A DNA stretch of 63,890 nt, filler included, from Kipferlia bialata (GCA_003568945.1; 5 parts of 5 records of this genome joined end to end with filler, not necessarily neighbours in it), one strand, 5' to 3'; counted from the first letter of the whole stretch, positions 50,597 to 63,863 are shown. Translations and numbers: made by a program. Notes: generated from the sequence alone by a model not told the origin.

Positions 50597-53215
50597 GTCC
50601 GTGCCTGTTCTCAGGATGTGGAGGCCAAGGCCAGGGAGAGGGCAGAGGTGCTGTCCCACATGACAGAGGGGGTGGAGGCAGAGGGGGAGGAGGCAGAGAC
50701 TGATGCTGTGGATGTCCCCCATGAGAGTGAGTCAGAGGTTGAGGAGTGCATACTCCCTGACACTCTAGACTTTATGTTTGAGGAGGCGTATGAGGCATTA
50801 CCTATACCTGGAGTACAGGTGGGGGGAGATGCACCAGAGAATGTACCTAAACCTGTGTCTGTCTCGGTGGCTGAACCTGTACCTGTACCTGTTCCTGTGT
50901 CTGTGTCAATGGCAGATGACGCCTTCGCAGTACCAGCCCCCATAGATGGTGGAGAGAGGGAGATGGGGAGAGAGAGGGATGGAGAGGAGAAGGCAGCTAC
51001 ACCTGCCGCATCTGAGGTGGAAGGGCAGGGGGAGACAGTCCACACCATAGAGGCCACGCCTTATGCCCCCCCCCCTACAGATCATCCCGAATCAGAGGCT
51101 GATTTTAGCCGAGACAGTGACCCAGCAGCCAGGCCCCTTGGTGGCGATGGTGCTGATCAGTCGGTGGTGGATATGCAGGGGTTCTTCACATTGGCACCCT
51201 CTGCTGGGTCAAACATTGCAAGGGTAGAGGGAGGCAAGGGGACGAGTCCCAGTCTACCCAGTCCCCACCTGACCCCCCACCCCCCTACTCAGCCCCCTAC
51301 CCAGCCCGTGCGTAGTAGCCCCCTAGCCAAGGACGGGACAAAGACAGAGAGTCCTAAGAGCCAGGGGGGTAGACCTGTCAGGGCATACGTATCCCCCACC
51401 AGCAGCCTCAACAGGAAGGGACCTAGGGGAGGGGAGAGGTTCTCTGCAGCTGGGGGTGGAATCACTAGCAGTACTGCAGTAAGCGCAGCTGGGGCTAGTT
51501 CAGGAACTAGGAGTCTGTGGGCAGCCTCGGGCCTTGCTGAGAGCCACAAGTATGGAAAGACAGGTGGGTGCCACTGATGATGATACTATATGTATGTTCG
51601 AACTTTCTCTCCTCATAGTCTTCTACCCCCCCAGAGCCCCATCCTCCCCAGACCAGCCGTGTCTCTGCCCCCTCTGAGGTCAACGGTGGTGTGGACACAG
51701 AGGGACTGGGAGAGAGAAGGATGAAGGGTGCAGTGACTGCGAGTGCCCCTGACTCCAGCCCATCTGGAGTGAAGATGGAGCCCTGGAGACGCAGACTGGA
51801 GGAGAGGCGACAGAAGAAGGAGAGGGCGAGGGTGGAGAGAGAAAAGAGGATCAAGGCTCAGAGAGAGGCACGAGAGAGGGCCGAGGCTAGTGTCCTACCC
51901 ACCCTGCCCCCTGCCTGTTTCCAGACCATGGTGTACACCAAGGGCATCCCCAAGTCCATGCCGCTGGGGCTGTTGCAGCTGTGTGACCCCCCTGGACCCT
52001 TATCCAGACACAGGCTGGAGTGGCTGGGGTACATCAACAAGTACGGCTGTGTGTCTATCTGAATACCCGTGTATATTCTTTCATTTCTCTGATACTCACA
52101 CCAGGACCCACCGTACCTGGGGTGCCCTGCCCACATCACAACTCAGGTATGACACAGCGTTATGTATGTCTATAGCGTAGCGTAGAGTATTGAAGGTTCA
52201 CTATGGTGTTATCTTCTCATGACTACCTTCCGCTCTCCCTCACCCCCAGGCACTACCTCACCAATTCCTTGCCCTATCTCGAGGCTGCCATTAGAGGTAT
52301 CCCTGCCTCCCTGGTACCAGAGGGATCAGGGCATGGCCTACCCACCCAGAATGACCCTTCTGCAGATGGGCTGGATGGGAGGGTGTCACTGGAGGGCATG
52401 AACCAGTCGATGGCCAGGGCAGATATGTACAGGGCAAACAGGTGTGGACACAGTGTATAGTTTGAGATGGATGAGGGTAGTGTTGGTAAGTCTGTCTAAA
52501 TCCCCCCCCCTTCTCCCTCTTACTCCAGCGATGCTCTTCTCGAGAGACTCCATGGTATAGAGGAGGACCTGAGTGTACATGCACACATGGATGCCCAGTC
52601 CCCCCACACCCCTCCCCTGACACCCACCTACCAAGGTGCTGAGGGTGGTACAACAACCACCCAGACCCCTCCCCTTCGCACCTCCCCTGGCATGAGGCCT
52701 AGGATGTCAGTGAGGGAGAGGGCGCCTGGGGGTAAGACACCCAGGGGCCAGGGCCGCAGTCCACTGCAGGGCACATCCCCCCTGAGGGTCCCTGTCTCCC
52801 ACCCGTCTCCCCTGCACCCCTTATCTGTTGATAGCACCCAGCCCCTACTGCCGCACCCAGAGGGGGAGAGAGAGAGGAGGAGAGAGAGTGGGGGTCGCAG
52901 GCGCAGCCAAGGCAGGGAGTCTGCTGGGCGCTCCGGTCTCTCTGCCAACTACCTCCAACGCACCCCAGGCGTCACCCCCTCCATACCCCTCAAGGCCAAG
53001 GCCAAGGGACAGGGTGGGGGGGCACCGTACAAGGGGGGGACACTGCCAACACAGGTACAGACACCCATCCCTCTCTCTCTATCCTCTGGCCCATCCCACC
53101 CCAGGTTGTGGCTCTCTCCCTCGATGCATACTCCAGGTTCAAGGGCGTGCTCCACGAGACTGGTCTACTGAGTGCAGCTGTCACCTCATTCATCAGAGAA
53201 CAGGAGGGTGAGTGA
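50597..53215 (+). CDS. Hypothetical protein, acidic and Pro/Ser-rich disordered regions plus a charged coiled coil (5' truncated)
   Basis: Long exons at ~50597-51563, ~51634-52041 and ~52529-53053, with short exons between. Coiled coil RRRLEERRQKKERARVEREKRIK. Probable last exon FKGVLHETG...EQEGE*. Confidence 0.55.
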
Positions 53216-53535
53216 GGCCTCGGAGACTAACCTGTTGCAGACACTTGAAGTCTTACACTTCATTTCAGTCTCGTTTTCCATTGTTATGGTTTCATAATGT
53301 GTTCTCTTGATATAGACAAATAGATTACAAGTACCTGTTATACACACGGTGACTGTCAATACTGTGGGTATGAATACAATCTATGACGTTGGTAGGTATA
53401 TATATAGCACAAGTGTGCCATACGAAGAGTGCCACTAGCACGTTGGGTATATATGTATATCCCGTCTAGTACAGCCTGAGCTCGACCTCTGCGTATGTGT
53501 ATCTCCTGGATGTGTTGACTATATGCAGGGGTGTC

Positions 53536-55976
53536 ATGATCAATGATATGGCAAAGGCAAAGGAGTTCATCCAGAGCAGAGTGTCAGTCAGAGGGGCATC
53601 CCTCACGCCAATGGCACCTGGGGGTAAGGAAAGGGGGGGGGGGGGGGGGGGTTGGATTTTGGTTAANNNNNNNNNNNNNNNNNNNNNNNNNNNNNNNNNN
53701 NNNNNNNNNNNNNNNNNNNNNNNNNNNNNNNNNNNNNNNNNNNNNNNNNNNNNNNNNNNNNNNNNNNNNNNNNNNNNNNNNNNNNNNNNNNNNNNNNNNN
53801 NNNNNNNNNNNNNNNNNNNNNNNNNNNNNNNNNNNNNNNNNNNNNNNNNNNNNNNNNNNNNNNNNNNNNNNNNNNNNNNNNNNNNNNNNNNNNNNNNNNN
53901 NNNNNNNNNNNNNNNNNNNNNNNNNNNNNNNNNNNNNNNNNNNNNNNNNNNNNNNNNNNNNNNNNNNNNNNNNNNNNNNNNNNNNNNNNNNNNNNNNNNN
54001 NNNNNNNNNNNNNNNNNNNNNNNNNNNNNNNNNNNNNNNNNNNNNNNNNNNNNNNNNNNNNNNNNNNNNNNNNNNNNNNNNNNNNNNNNNNNNNNNNNNN
54101 NNNNNNNNNNNNNNNNNNNNNNNNNNNNNNNNNNNNNNNNNNNNNNNNNNNNNNNNNNNNNNNNNNNNNNNNNNNNNNNNNAAGGAAAAACTCCACCCCC
54201 CCCCCCCCCCCCCCCCCACCCTTCCCCAACCTCAGCTCCCCCCAGAGGAGAGAGACAGGGAGAGAGCCCTCCTGGACCTGGCCATGGGCAAGTTCAACAG
54301 GTATGTGACCTACACATAGATACATACTATAAAATGTATATGGTGTACTCATTTATCAACCTGACTACCAACCACCCCTCACCCCCAGTGGCACCGAGAA
54401 CCCAGTGGGCCAGGGTCTGCATGTGTACTCCGTCATCATGTGCTGGGCACTGTACGTATGTATACATACATATATATATATATATACGTATGCCGCACTC
54501 AGTGTGTATCACACTCTTCCCCTGCTCTATACAATGTCACGTGTCCCTCACATCCAGTCTCACCAGCACCGTGTATGGCTTTGACGCCACCACTCTCCAG
54601 GGTGCATATGGGGCTGACCCCATCCTGACACCAAACGCACACGGCAGGGACACACTCAGGCATATACATGTGTGTGTATGGTGTACTCCTCACATTATAT
54701 ACTCTCCTGGATACACCCTCACCCCCAGGGCCATCCGCCCCCAGGCCGACGCTGGCGGGTACCTCCCTCTGTCCCTCCTGGCCCATGACCAGGTCATGAG
54801 AGTGGCAGCGGTGGGATTGGTGGGTACGGATGTGGACCCTACCATACGCAATGACACTAGCACAACCTCTCTGCTCTCCCTCACCCCAGACATCTCTGCC
54901 ACCCCCATCTCCGGCACGGGACAGACGGTACGGGCCAGTGACAGTTGGACACTATATATACCATACACACCCATGCCCCCTGACCCCCAGATGATGCAGA
55001 CCGTGTTGGATGCCAGGCCCGACTTCACACCCCCTCAGTCCCTGTTAGACCTGTTCCACTCTGTTGATGAGGTGGGTTCTACTGCATCACTCTCTCTACA
55101 TTTGTGTCTCAACCAACACGGGTCTTGTGTACAGTTTCGTGCCCTCATTCCTTACTGTGCCGTGACTACTGTTACTATTCTCACCCAGGCCAGGTGTCTT
55201 GTCTCTCAGCTGACCTCTGGCCTTGTACCCAGGGACCACCCACTGCGACTGACCGTAATCAGAAGGTACGGCCACAAAGCGACTGGTATAGACATACACA
55301 TTGATGGAGTTGAGAGCGTGCCGTCAAAATTCCTCACCCCAGGCTCCTTGCCGTCCTCACTGGCCGCGTCCACCCCACCCACCCTTATCTCCCTCCCACC
55401 CCTGTGTACCTGGAGAGGGTGCAGCAGATACCCATCGTAGACTATGTCCCCCCTCCTCTCCCCTCATGTCGCACCACTGTACACGCTGACACACACACAG
55501 AGGGCGACGAGGTCCCCGCCTTCCCTGTCGAGGAGACCCTTCCCGCCCCTTCCTCCACCAACCTCTGCCCCACCCTCGACGAGTCCCGCCCTGTCTCCAC
55601 ACCCATCCACTTTGGAGTTGGAGTGGGTGTGGTGGCAAGGGAGGGAGAGGAGAGGGAGAGAGACGTGGTCCAGTCTGCCATTGAGATCAGGCCCTCTTCT
55701 ACCGCCCACCCTGGTTCCCAGCCCTATGTGGGAGGAGCCTCCCTGAACGTTGAGAGACAGGGGGTGGTGACCGCCCCTGCCTCTCAGGCCTACTCCCAGT
55801 CCCCTAGGGGTGGAGTTGCACAGAGGCCTGAGAACGACACTGCCTCAGCCGGACCCCCACCCCTGAGACCTCTGCGTGCCCTGATCCTGGACACGTCTAG
55901 AGGGTATGTGCGGACACACACACACCTCATGCTGGAGAGACTGGATAGGGAGAGGCAGGAGAGGAAGGAGAGGTAG
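53536..55976 (+). CDS. Hypothetical multi-exon protein interrupted by a 515-N scaffold gap (53667-54181)
   Basis: Exons bounded by ...ccccag/gt sites; terminal exon ~55343-55976 ends ...LMLERLDRERQERKER*. The supplied 647-aa ORF is an artefact of reading through Ns and introns. Confidence 0.5.
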
Positions 55977-56181
55977 ACAGGGGGATACTAAGACATAGTA
56001 TGGAGGAAAGGGAGAAGAGTAGCAACGTTGATAGTAATAGATAGTAGTAAATACAGACTGGTGTCCACTCTGTCTACCTATTGATAGACGCCACATGCAA
56101 GAGCTACAGGTACATACCACAAGACATACGCGTTCTATTACATATCTAAGCTGTTGAGTCCAGCATAGCTACCACAGGTAT

Positions 56182-59001
56182 CTATAATGCAACATGTGTC
56201 TGTGGCAGGTGTATGCCCTCGAGCAGTGCACACCTCCTCTTCTGTCTCTTGGACATGGCCATGTATATCTCGTGCAGCTTGGCCCTGGACCCCTGGGACA
56301 TACCCCGCAGTCTGTCAGCATGGTCCCTACAGACACGGGACAACACAGTGGCAGCACCCCCAGAGATGAGGGGCTTGATGTACTTCTGGGGGTCAGAGGG
56401 GGATTGTGTCTGATGGTAGCGTGTATGCTATATGTCTCCCACCTCCTGCCTGGCCAGTCCCACTATACCCCCTACTGCCACAGCTGTGACATGCAGGTCC
56501 TCGGGGTGGAGCAGAGCACCTCGAAGAATGGCCTGGGGGAAGAGATTGACGTAGTATACTGGGAGGTATACGACGCTAGATGTGTTCAACACTTCAGTGG
56601 GATACCACAGTCCGTACCTTGTGTGCGCCCACTTTGAACATCTGAGGCAGAGACTCATCGTCACATGCTAGAGTCTCCAGTACAACCATGGCATACATGG
56701 TGACCTGGGGGTGGGGGGAGATATGGATAGAAGCACACTCCAGGCCTAGATATAGACAGTATGTCCCACCTCTGCGTCCTCCTTGAGGAATGTGTTGAGG
56801 TACTTGGTGGCTATGGGGATGGCACCGGCCGCATTCAGCTGGGAGGTCAGAGGGATACAGCTATACACAGTGTATACGCTGAGTATGGAAAGCTACCCGG
56901 GAGCACACCCACTGGCCCACACTATGTCCCACCTCCAGGATGCCTCTCTCAGAGGGATACATATATATAGAGTGTAGTATCAGTATCAGTATCGGTATCA
57001 GTATCAGTATCCCCACCTCCAGGATGCCTCTCTCGCACTGGGACATGACTCTGTATGCAGACAGGATCATGGGGGCCAGCCCAGCCTCCCTCGCAGCCCT
57101 TGTGCCGCAGTGGTGTCTAGACACATTGACCAGGGCAGGGCAGAACCCATACTCTACCATGTCAGAGACTATCTCACCAACAAGGCCGATGTTGCGGATG
57201 TAGGTGGCTGTCACCTGGGCCACCTAGAGGGGTCAGGGACATAGAGTCATAGAGACAGTAGAGAGAGTGAGGATAGAGAGAGGGGCACCATAACATAGGG
57301 GGACTGTATCAATACATCATTGGCATATGGCCATGTGCCCCCTACCCTTGGGTTGTCAGCGTGTGACCCCATGATCTGCAGAGTGACACCTGCTGTGGTC
57401 TCCAGTAGCTGCCTCTCCCCTCCCCTCACCTCACTCATGCAGCTCAGAAGCACTCCCCCACACTCCACGGCCTCCTGGTGCTGGCGTCAGGGCCGATATA
57501 GAGTGTCTACACATCTATATACAGAGTGATAGATATAGATACACACTGGAGTACCCACCTGCGGGTAGTGGCTGAGGACAGCCCTGGCCAGCTCCGGCCC
57601 CCCCCTCTCTATGAGCATGGCACATGCCCCCCCGTGCATGGCACAGCCCATCAGCACAGGCAGGATGCGGTCGATGTCCACATCCCCCACACCCTCAGTC
57701 AGTATGTGGGTGAGGACACCTGCCACGTCCCTCTTCACCATCTCCTCCTCACATCCCTCCACATCAGCCACCCGCTGCAGCACAGTCATGCACACCTGGG
57801 GGGAGGGGGGCATGGATATACATATATATAGGTGTGCGGGTGTATGTATGTATATCAGAAAACAGTCTTCCCAGGTGTGCACACTTGGGGGTCATGAATA
57901 TGTATATGTGTGTGTGTCTGTGTGTATGTTTATCTTAGAGTAGTCATCTGTACCTCAGCCAGCTTGTCCGTGACCGACGGCAGCCTGAGTATGGTATGCA
58001 CAACCTCCAGCAGACCCTGCCTCACAAGGACCTTGCAGTGATACACAGACCTGGGGGGTAGGGGAAGGGGGGGTGCCACTGCAGATTAATATACTTACAT
58101 ATATACACATATGTCATTTCACGCACCCTGAGATGTTGGCCAGCACCTTGAGGGCCTCCTCCACCCCCTCCATCTCTCTCTCTCTCCCTGCACCCCTATT
58201 CAGCCCCAGCACAGTCTCCATGTACCCTATCAGGAAGACAGGCACGCACTTCTCCACCAGGACAGTGTGCCCCCCATCTATCTCACACACGATGAAGGAC
58301 AGGTGGGTGGTATACGCCACCATCTCGCTGTCCATGTTGTGCCTGACACATGCAGTCATGCAGGCCTCCAGACCACCCTCCCTCACAACTCTGGGGTGGG
58401 TGGGGGGGGGTATAGAATGACCATATCCTCAGGGTTTACAAACACAAACATTCATATATATGCACATATCCTCCCCCACCTCGGGGTGTTGGCTCTGACC
58501 ATGGCCACATTGAACAGAAAGGTGATGCAGTGCCTGGCTACCTGGGGGGTCAGTGGGTGTGGAAACACATATATAGGTGGAAGCGTAATAGTGTGTGTAC
58601 TCCACATATATATTTCATACTCATACACCCCATAATGATGTAATACTGCCCATACCTGGGTGTTGCGTGTGTGCAACAGGGCCATCTGTATCTCTTGCTG
58701 GCAGTCAGCAGTCTCACGCTCAATCTGATGCTGCGGTGAGAGGGGGGTTAGCCTGATACTGATACTGACAAGCGGAGCAAGGGCCAGGGGAAGAATGAAA
58801 AGAAAGGGAGTTCACAAGTACCCTCCATAAACACACCCCCTTGGCCTGTGTCAGTATCTCTATCCTGTCTAGGTCTATATATAACAAAGAGCATTTATAC
58901 ATATTCATATGTATGTGTGTGTATACATACCTCCTTGGCCTGTGCCACCAGTCTCTCCAGTCTGTCTAGATCTATGACCTCATCTGACTGTACAGGGGTG
59001 C
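56182..59001 (-). CDS. Armadillo-repeat protein (5' truncated)
   Basis: Spliced ARM-like units: VREGGLEACMTAC, EEALKVLANIS, LVRQGLLEVVHTIL, LIERGGPELARAVL, NAAGAIPIATKYL, LISGGAATVLSRV. Probable stop 56182-56184. Confidence 0.7.
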
Positions 59002-59147
59002 CTGGGGGGTGGGTATGAGGAGGATAGGAGAGAGAGAGAGAGAGAGAGAGAGGAGTTGGAAGGTAGAGTGCACTTATCAAACTAGAAGATAACGGGGAGG
59101 GGGGGGGGGGGGGACAGAGGGAGAGAAAGGGGGGGGGGAGAGGACTA

Positions 59148-59247
59148 NNNNNNNNNNNNNNNNNNNNNNNNNNNNNNNNNNNNNNNNNNNNTTAATTAAT
59201 TAANNNNNNNNNNNNNNNNNNNNNNNNNNNNNNNNNNNNNNNNNNNN
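59148..59247. other. Artificial contig-joining spacer
   Basis: 44 N + TTAATTAATTAA (59192-59203) + 44 N. Confidence 0.97.
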
Positions 59248-59251
59248 CTCC

Positions 59252-59291
<40 letters not shown>

Positions 59292-59325
59292 ATATCCCCT
59301 CCATACAATACCTGACTGACCCCAG

Positions 59326-62300
59326 GTGTCATAGCCCAGATGGCACCCGACATGCACACGGTCAGGCTGGACTCGGCTGAGTATGTGTTCATGAACACCC
59401 CTCCCCTGCTGATAGGTGGGCCATGTCATTGGACACTCTAATCATGGTGGACACCCTGGCTTTCTACCTCTCCACTCCCTCTCTCTCCCTTTCCCTCTCT
59501 CCCTCTCCCCCCAGTTGGTGTGCAGAAGGTGGGCACTGGCAAGAGTCCAGAAGTGCTGAGGAGAGCCATCCACCTGCTGAGGTGAGTATCTGTCTCTATC
59601 TATCTATCCTACCCTACCCCTCCACCCGTGACCTCTACCCCCAGGCACTGCATCTTCTCGGTGCTGTCTGACAAGTTTGTGACCCGGCTCAACCGATACT
59701 GCGGGTATGACCTGCATGTCCAGCTGGACCAGTACAGACCGGTCCTGCAGACAGTCGGGAGGTGGGGGACTTGTATTGATACTGGTATTGAGAGGGTCCC
59801 GTTAACCCCAGGCGCAGTCAGACCGACCTGTCTCTGCTAATGAGAGCGGCAAGGCCTCTCAGGTAAGGGTGGATATCTGAATGCCTTGTGGTGTGTACGG
59901 TGTGCATGGTGTGTGTATTCCCCTCTCCCCCCAGGCTCCCCTTCCAGCTGAGGAGTGCTGTGTCTGAGGCTGTCCTTGATACCATAGAGGACCTCAGTGC
60001 CGCATCCAGCGTATTCTTTGTGTTTGTGATGTTGGGTAGTCAGGTGGGGTGCCTCATGTCATTATGTACCCTTCCTTCACATTCGTGTCATATGCCTAGA
60101 CACCCTGACCCAGGTGGTTGTGGCCACGGGTAGTAGGGCCCATCCCTTCCATGTGGAGGACCTTGCCATGCTCAGGTGGGTGCATGCATGTGTATGTATG
60201 TATTGATGGACAGATGGTCGGTCTGACTACAGATGTGTGCTGGACAATGTGGAGTACCCACCCACCCAGTGCCACCCCGACACTGACAAGGGGGAGAGGG
60301 GAGGGAGAGAGACAGGGCCTGGATCAGATAGGGGAGGGGGAGGGGTCTCGGTGATATCTCCTGTCTTGCTGCAGGTATGGATGGGTGTGCACAATGAGGG
60401 TCTATGTATACTATACTTGTAAGTACACACACACACCCCCCGAACCCAGGTGTGCTTCCCCCATCTTGCCATCTATGGCCACCTGCACTGCCTGGCTGCC
60501 AGGGTGACAGGCAGCGTGGACCCCAGGGGAGGGGGGGACTCGCTCAGAGACACAGGTGGGGGAGACAGTGTGCATTCATTCCATACTTTTGTGCATAACA
60601 AGATATCAATCAGATAGCAGTATTATCCCACCCCTGGTCTCCTCACTCACCCCTAGGCCGTGGTCTAGAGATAGCCCTTCTGTCCACTGATCAGGCCAAG
60701 GTCCCGCTGATGGGTCAGGTGGGTGGGAGGGGCAGTGGTACCTCTGTGTATTTGTGTGTGTCTGTATATGTATGGGTGTCCTATACTGTTCATTGTCACC
60801 CTTAATGCTACCCTCAGGTGTTACAGGGTGTGCTCGACAGACTCAGTGACATCAGACAAGGTATGGCATCTACCTTGGCATGCATGCTAGGACAGTGTAG
60901 ACACCCCTATGTGACCCCCCCCCCCCCTCACTGTAAGAGAGGTCTCTACACAAGTGGGTAGATGCCCATCTGGGGGCATATGGCCTCACAAGTGCCGCTC
61001 TCACACAGAGGTAGGGCATTGGGGTATTGTGTGTATTATGGACACAAAAGATACTGATACTGAAACAAGTGGCACGCTCGGGGTGTATTGTATTAGTGTT
61101 CGTGTTACCCCCAGGAAGTGGTCCAAGACTAGCAACAAGGAGAAGGCGAGGGTACTGTTAGCAGAGGAGGCAGAGAGAGAGAAGGAGAGAGAGAGAGAGA
61201 GAGAGAAGGAGAAGGAGAGGGAGGAAGAGAGGGAGAAGGAGAGAGAGATGAAGTCGAAAATGGAGGCAGAGGCGGAGGAAAAGGCAGATGGGGATGTTGA
61301 GACCACCCCCGACCTGCCTGTGTCAGAAGACAGGGTGGTGCCCAGTGCTGGTGGGGACGAGGGGGGGAGTGAGTATGTGTATGCATACCCAGGTCTCACG
61401 GTCAGACAGGACATAGAGGTAGGGGCGTGTGTATTGTGTACTTCTATCTCTCTCTCTCTATATCTGCTCTGCACCCACCCCCAGGTGTCTGTCACTGATA
61501 GCCGCACCCTCAGTATATTACTCGACATGGCCAGAGCTCCCATATACACAGTGGAACACACAGGTACGGATCTCTCCTCTCTTCTACCCCCTCACACTTT
61601 GTGTGTCGGGTGTGTATATTGTTTCAGTATCAGTGTCATCATACATGCTGAATATGAACACAACCATATATACACAAAGGTGTGCCTTGCCTCCCCCCCA
61701 GGTGTGTCTGGGGTGCTGCACTTCAACTTCCACTCCCATGTGTTTGGCCAGATGACAGCCCCTGCCCTGACTGGGGAGTACATGCAGGGGGGGGAGGCAC
61801 GCAGGCTCATGAGTCTGTACCTCATGGCACTGGGTACGTGGAGGGTGGTTGCATCGGTCTTGTTGTACTCGTACTGATACTCATGCTAACCACCAGACGA
61901 GGCCTCCACCGCCTGTGCCTATAGGAGGGGCAGACAGAGGCACTTCACAGCAGACATGCACAAGGAGACGCTGTTCACACCGCAGGAACTGGGTGGGTGT
62001 GCTGTATCTTAATACCCATGATCTAACACAAGTAGCAGGATGGTGATACATATATTATATATGTTATATACTATATATGTATTATATACAACTGACCCCA
62101 GGCTCTGTTGCCAACCAGATGGAAAGGAACATGCTGGTGTACGATGTGCTATGTGACAGAGGTGCGGATTGTCACTATGTCCTATCTACGCTCAGTCACT
62201 ATCCCCTCTATGAGTGTGCCCTTTGTGAGCCTGACCCCAGAGCGTGTGACTGTGTGGCGGAGTGTGGACTACACCCTCACTGTGGCTCTGGACCCCTCGC

Positions 62301-62460
62301 TCAACCCAGAGCAGGCAGTGCACGCCACACAGCTGGTGAGTGCGATGGGGGTTGTGTGAATGTATATAAAAATACTGCCGTGTTTCCTTACCCTCAGTTG
62401 GTTGACTGGGTGCACCAGAACGAGAACGAACTCTTCATTACCGTGCCCTGCTGGTACTAG
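59326..62460 (+). CDS. MON1: Vacuolar fusion protein Mon1/SAND (Rab7 GEF subunit), 5' truncated
   Basis: Ordered Mon1 landmarks: IFSVLS...GYDL, RPL|RLPFQLRSAV, HPFHVEDLAML, VCFPHL..YGHLH, IALLSTD, YTVEHTGVSGVLHF. The C-terminus VTVWRSVDYTLTVALDP...LVDWVHQNENELFITVPCWY* ends at 62460. Confidence 0.8.
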
Positions 62461-62898
62461 AAGGATGGACGGAGAGGGAGCACCCATACATGATATGATA
62501 GATGACCCCTCCGTTATTACATTGAAGGTGTTGTGTATGAATGGCATATCGTGTCTTTCATACATTGATGCAGTGTCCCTACGCCAATAGTCGTGTCGGT
62601 TAAAGCGAGTTACCACAATATTACACGACAAACCAGCTCTCGTACACATATACATATGCAGTTTCAATTGAGTTAACTCACGTTCACTCTGTTTTAGAAC
62701 TTAATGTTTAGAGTCTCAATTTAAGACTCTTAAAGTTTAAGACTTACAAGTCGTCACAAAAACGCGTAAGGGTTTAAGGTACCCCTCAATATTGCAACTG
62801 GAGACCGCCTCATAGTCTAGAAGCGGTGTAGTGCACAGACTTAGTGAGACTGGAGTGAGCAGACGATGCACGCCTCTCAGAGAGGATTCCCGCAGTCC

Positions 62899-63793
62899 AT
62901 GGCGCTGCCGCCGTCCTTCTCGACGCACCAGACCAAGGCCCCCAGGGACTCGTATGGGGGCCCTGATCTGTATGACACCATGGTGACACACAGACACGAG
63001 AGAGAGTCGTTTGAGGCAAAGAGCATGACGTTTGACTACCATGGTGAGTGATGCGGGAGTGAGTTGGTGCATATTTGTAGGATACCTGCACTTGAGTATG
63101 TATTGCGTCCACGACGTGGATTGTATGAAATTGTACCTGTACCTGGTAACTCCACCAGGCATCATCACGCATTCGTCACTTCCTCATGTCCTTCAGGGTC
63201 TCCCCCCCCCCCCTATATATATATTACTATACCAATGTATACTGACCCCAGAGTGCTTCACCTTCTGCGGCACCCACCGGTCGGGTATGCAGGACGGGTC
63301 GGGGGGCACAGCCACGTTCAACAAACCTCAGGGTTCGGATGAGTGTGCCACGTACTATATAACCATATACTCCATATACCTATGACCTCTCCTGACCCCA
63401 GGCCTGGTTGTGCTGGAGGATGGGAGCGTGGTGTGTACCGATGTGCAGAACAACAGCATCAGGGTCATCAGCCCCAGAGGTGCGTAGTCTGTATACACAT
63501 GCATACCCCATACCCCCCCCCCCCTTATACCCCAGGTGACGATGTGCGCACTGTGTCGTGGTCCAATGCCAAGGGGGTGGCCAAGAGAGACAGGGCGCAG
63601 ACAGGGGCACAGTCCTCCACACTCCTGCACCCAAGGTGGGGGTCTGTATGCCACTGGTGTCTTCTTTTGTACCGTTAGTATTTGTAGAGGAAGGTATAAT
63701 TGATCTCTTCCCCCCCCCCCCCTCTTACCCCAGGGGTCTAGCTGTTGTGCATGATGGGCTCCTCATCTGTGACCAGGGGCACAACAGACTCAG
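62899..63793 (+). CDS. NHL-repeat protein (3' truncated)
   Basis: SGMQDGSGGTATFNKPQG|LVVLEDGSVVCTDVQNNSIRVIS and LLHPR|GLAVVHDGLLICDQGHNRL are typical NHL blades. ATG at 62899 (or 62866). Confidence 0.8.
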
Positions 63794-63832
63794 GTACCTA
63801 CATCGTCATGTACACTGGTCAGTGGTGGAGGC

Positions 63833-63863
<31 letters not shown>

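Noticed and set aside
53497..55440. 647-aa ORF from the supplied track
   Set aside because: It reads through a 515-N gap and several introns, so it is not a real contiguous protein.
56182..56250. Polybasic CaaX prenylation signal (KRQKRRCALL) in the ARM protein
   Set aside because: The frame continues 12 more residues (EGIHLPQTHVAL) before the stop, so CALL is not terminal as assembled.
16803..59203. Recurring TTAATTAATTAA motif as a biological repeat or insertion site
   Set aside because: It is always centred in exactly 44+44 Ns, so it is an artificial six-frame-stop linker.
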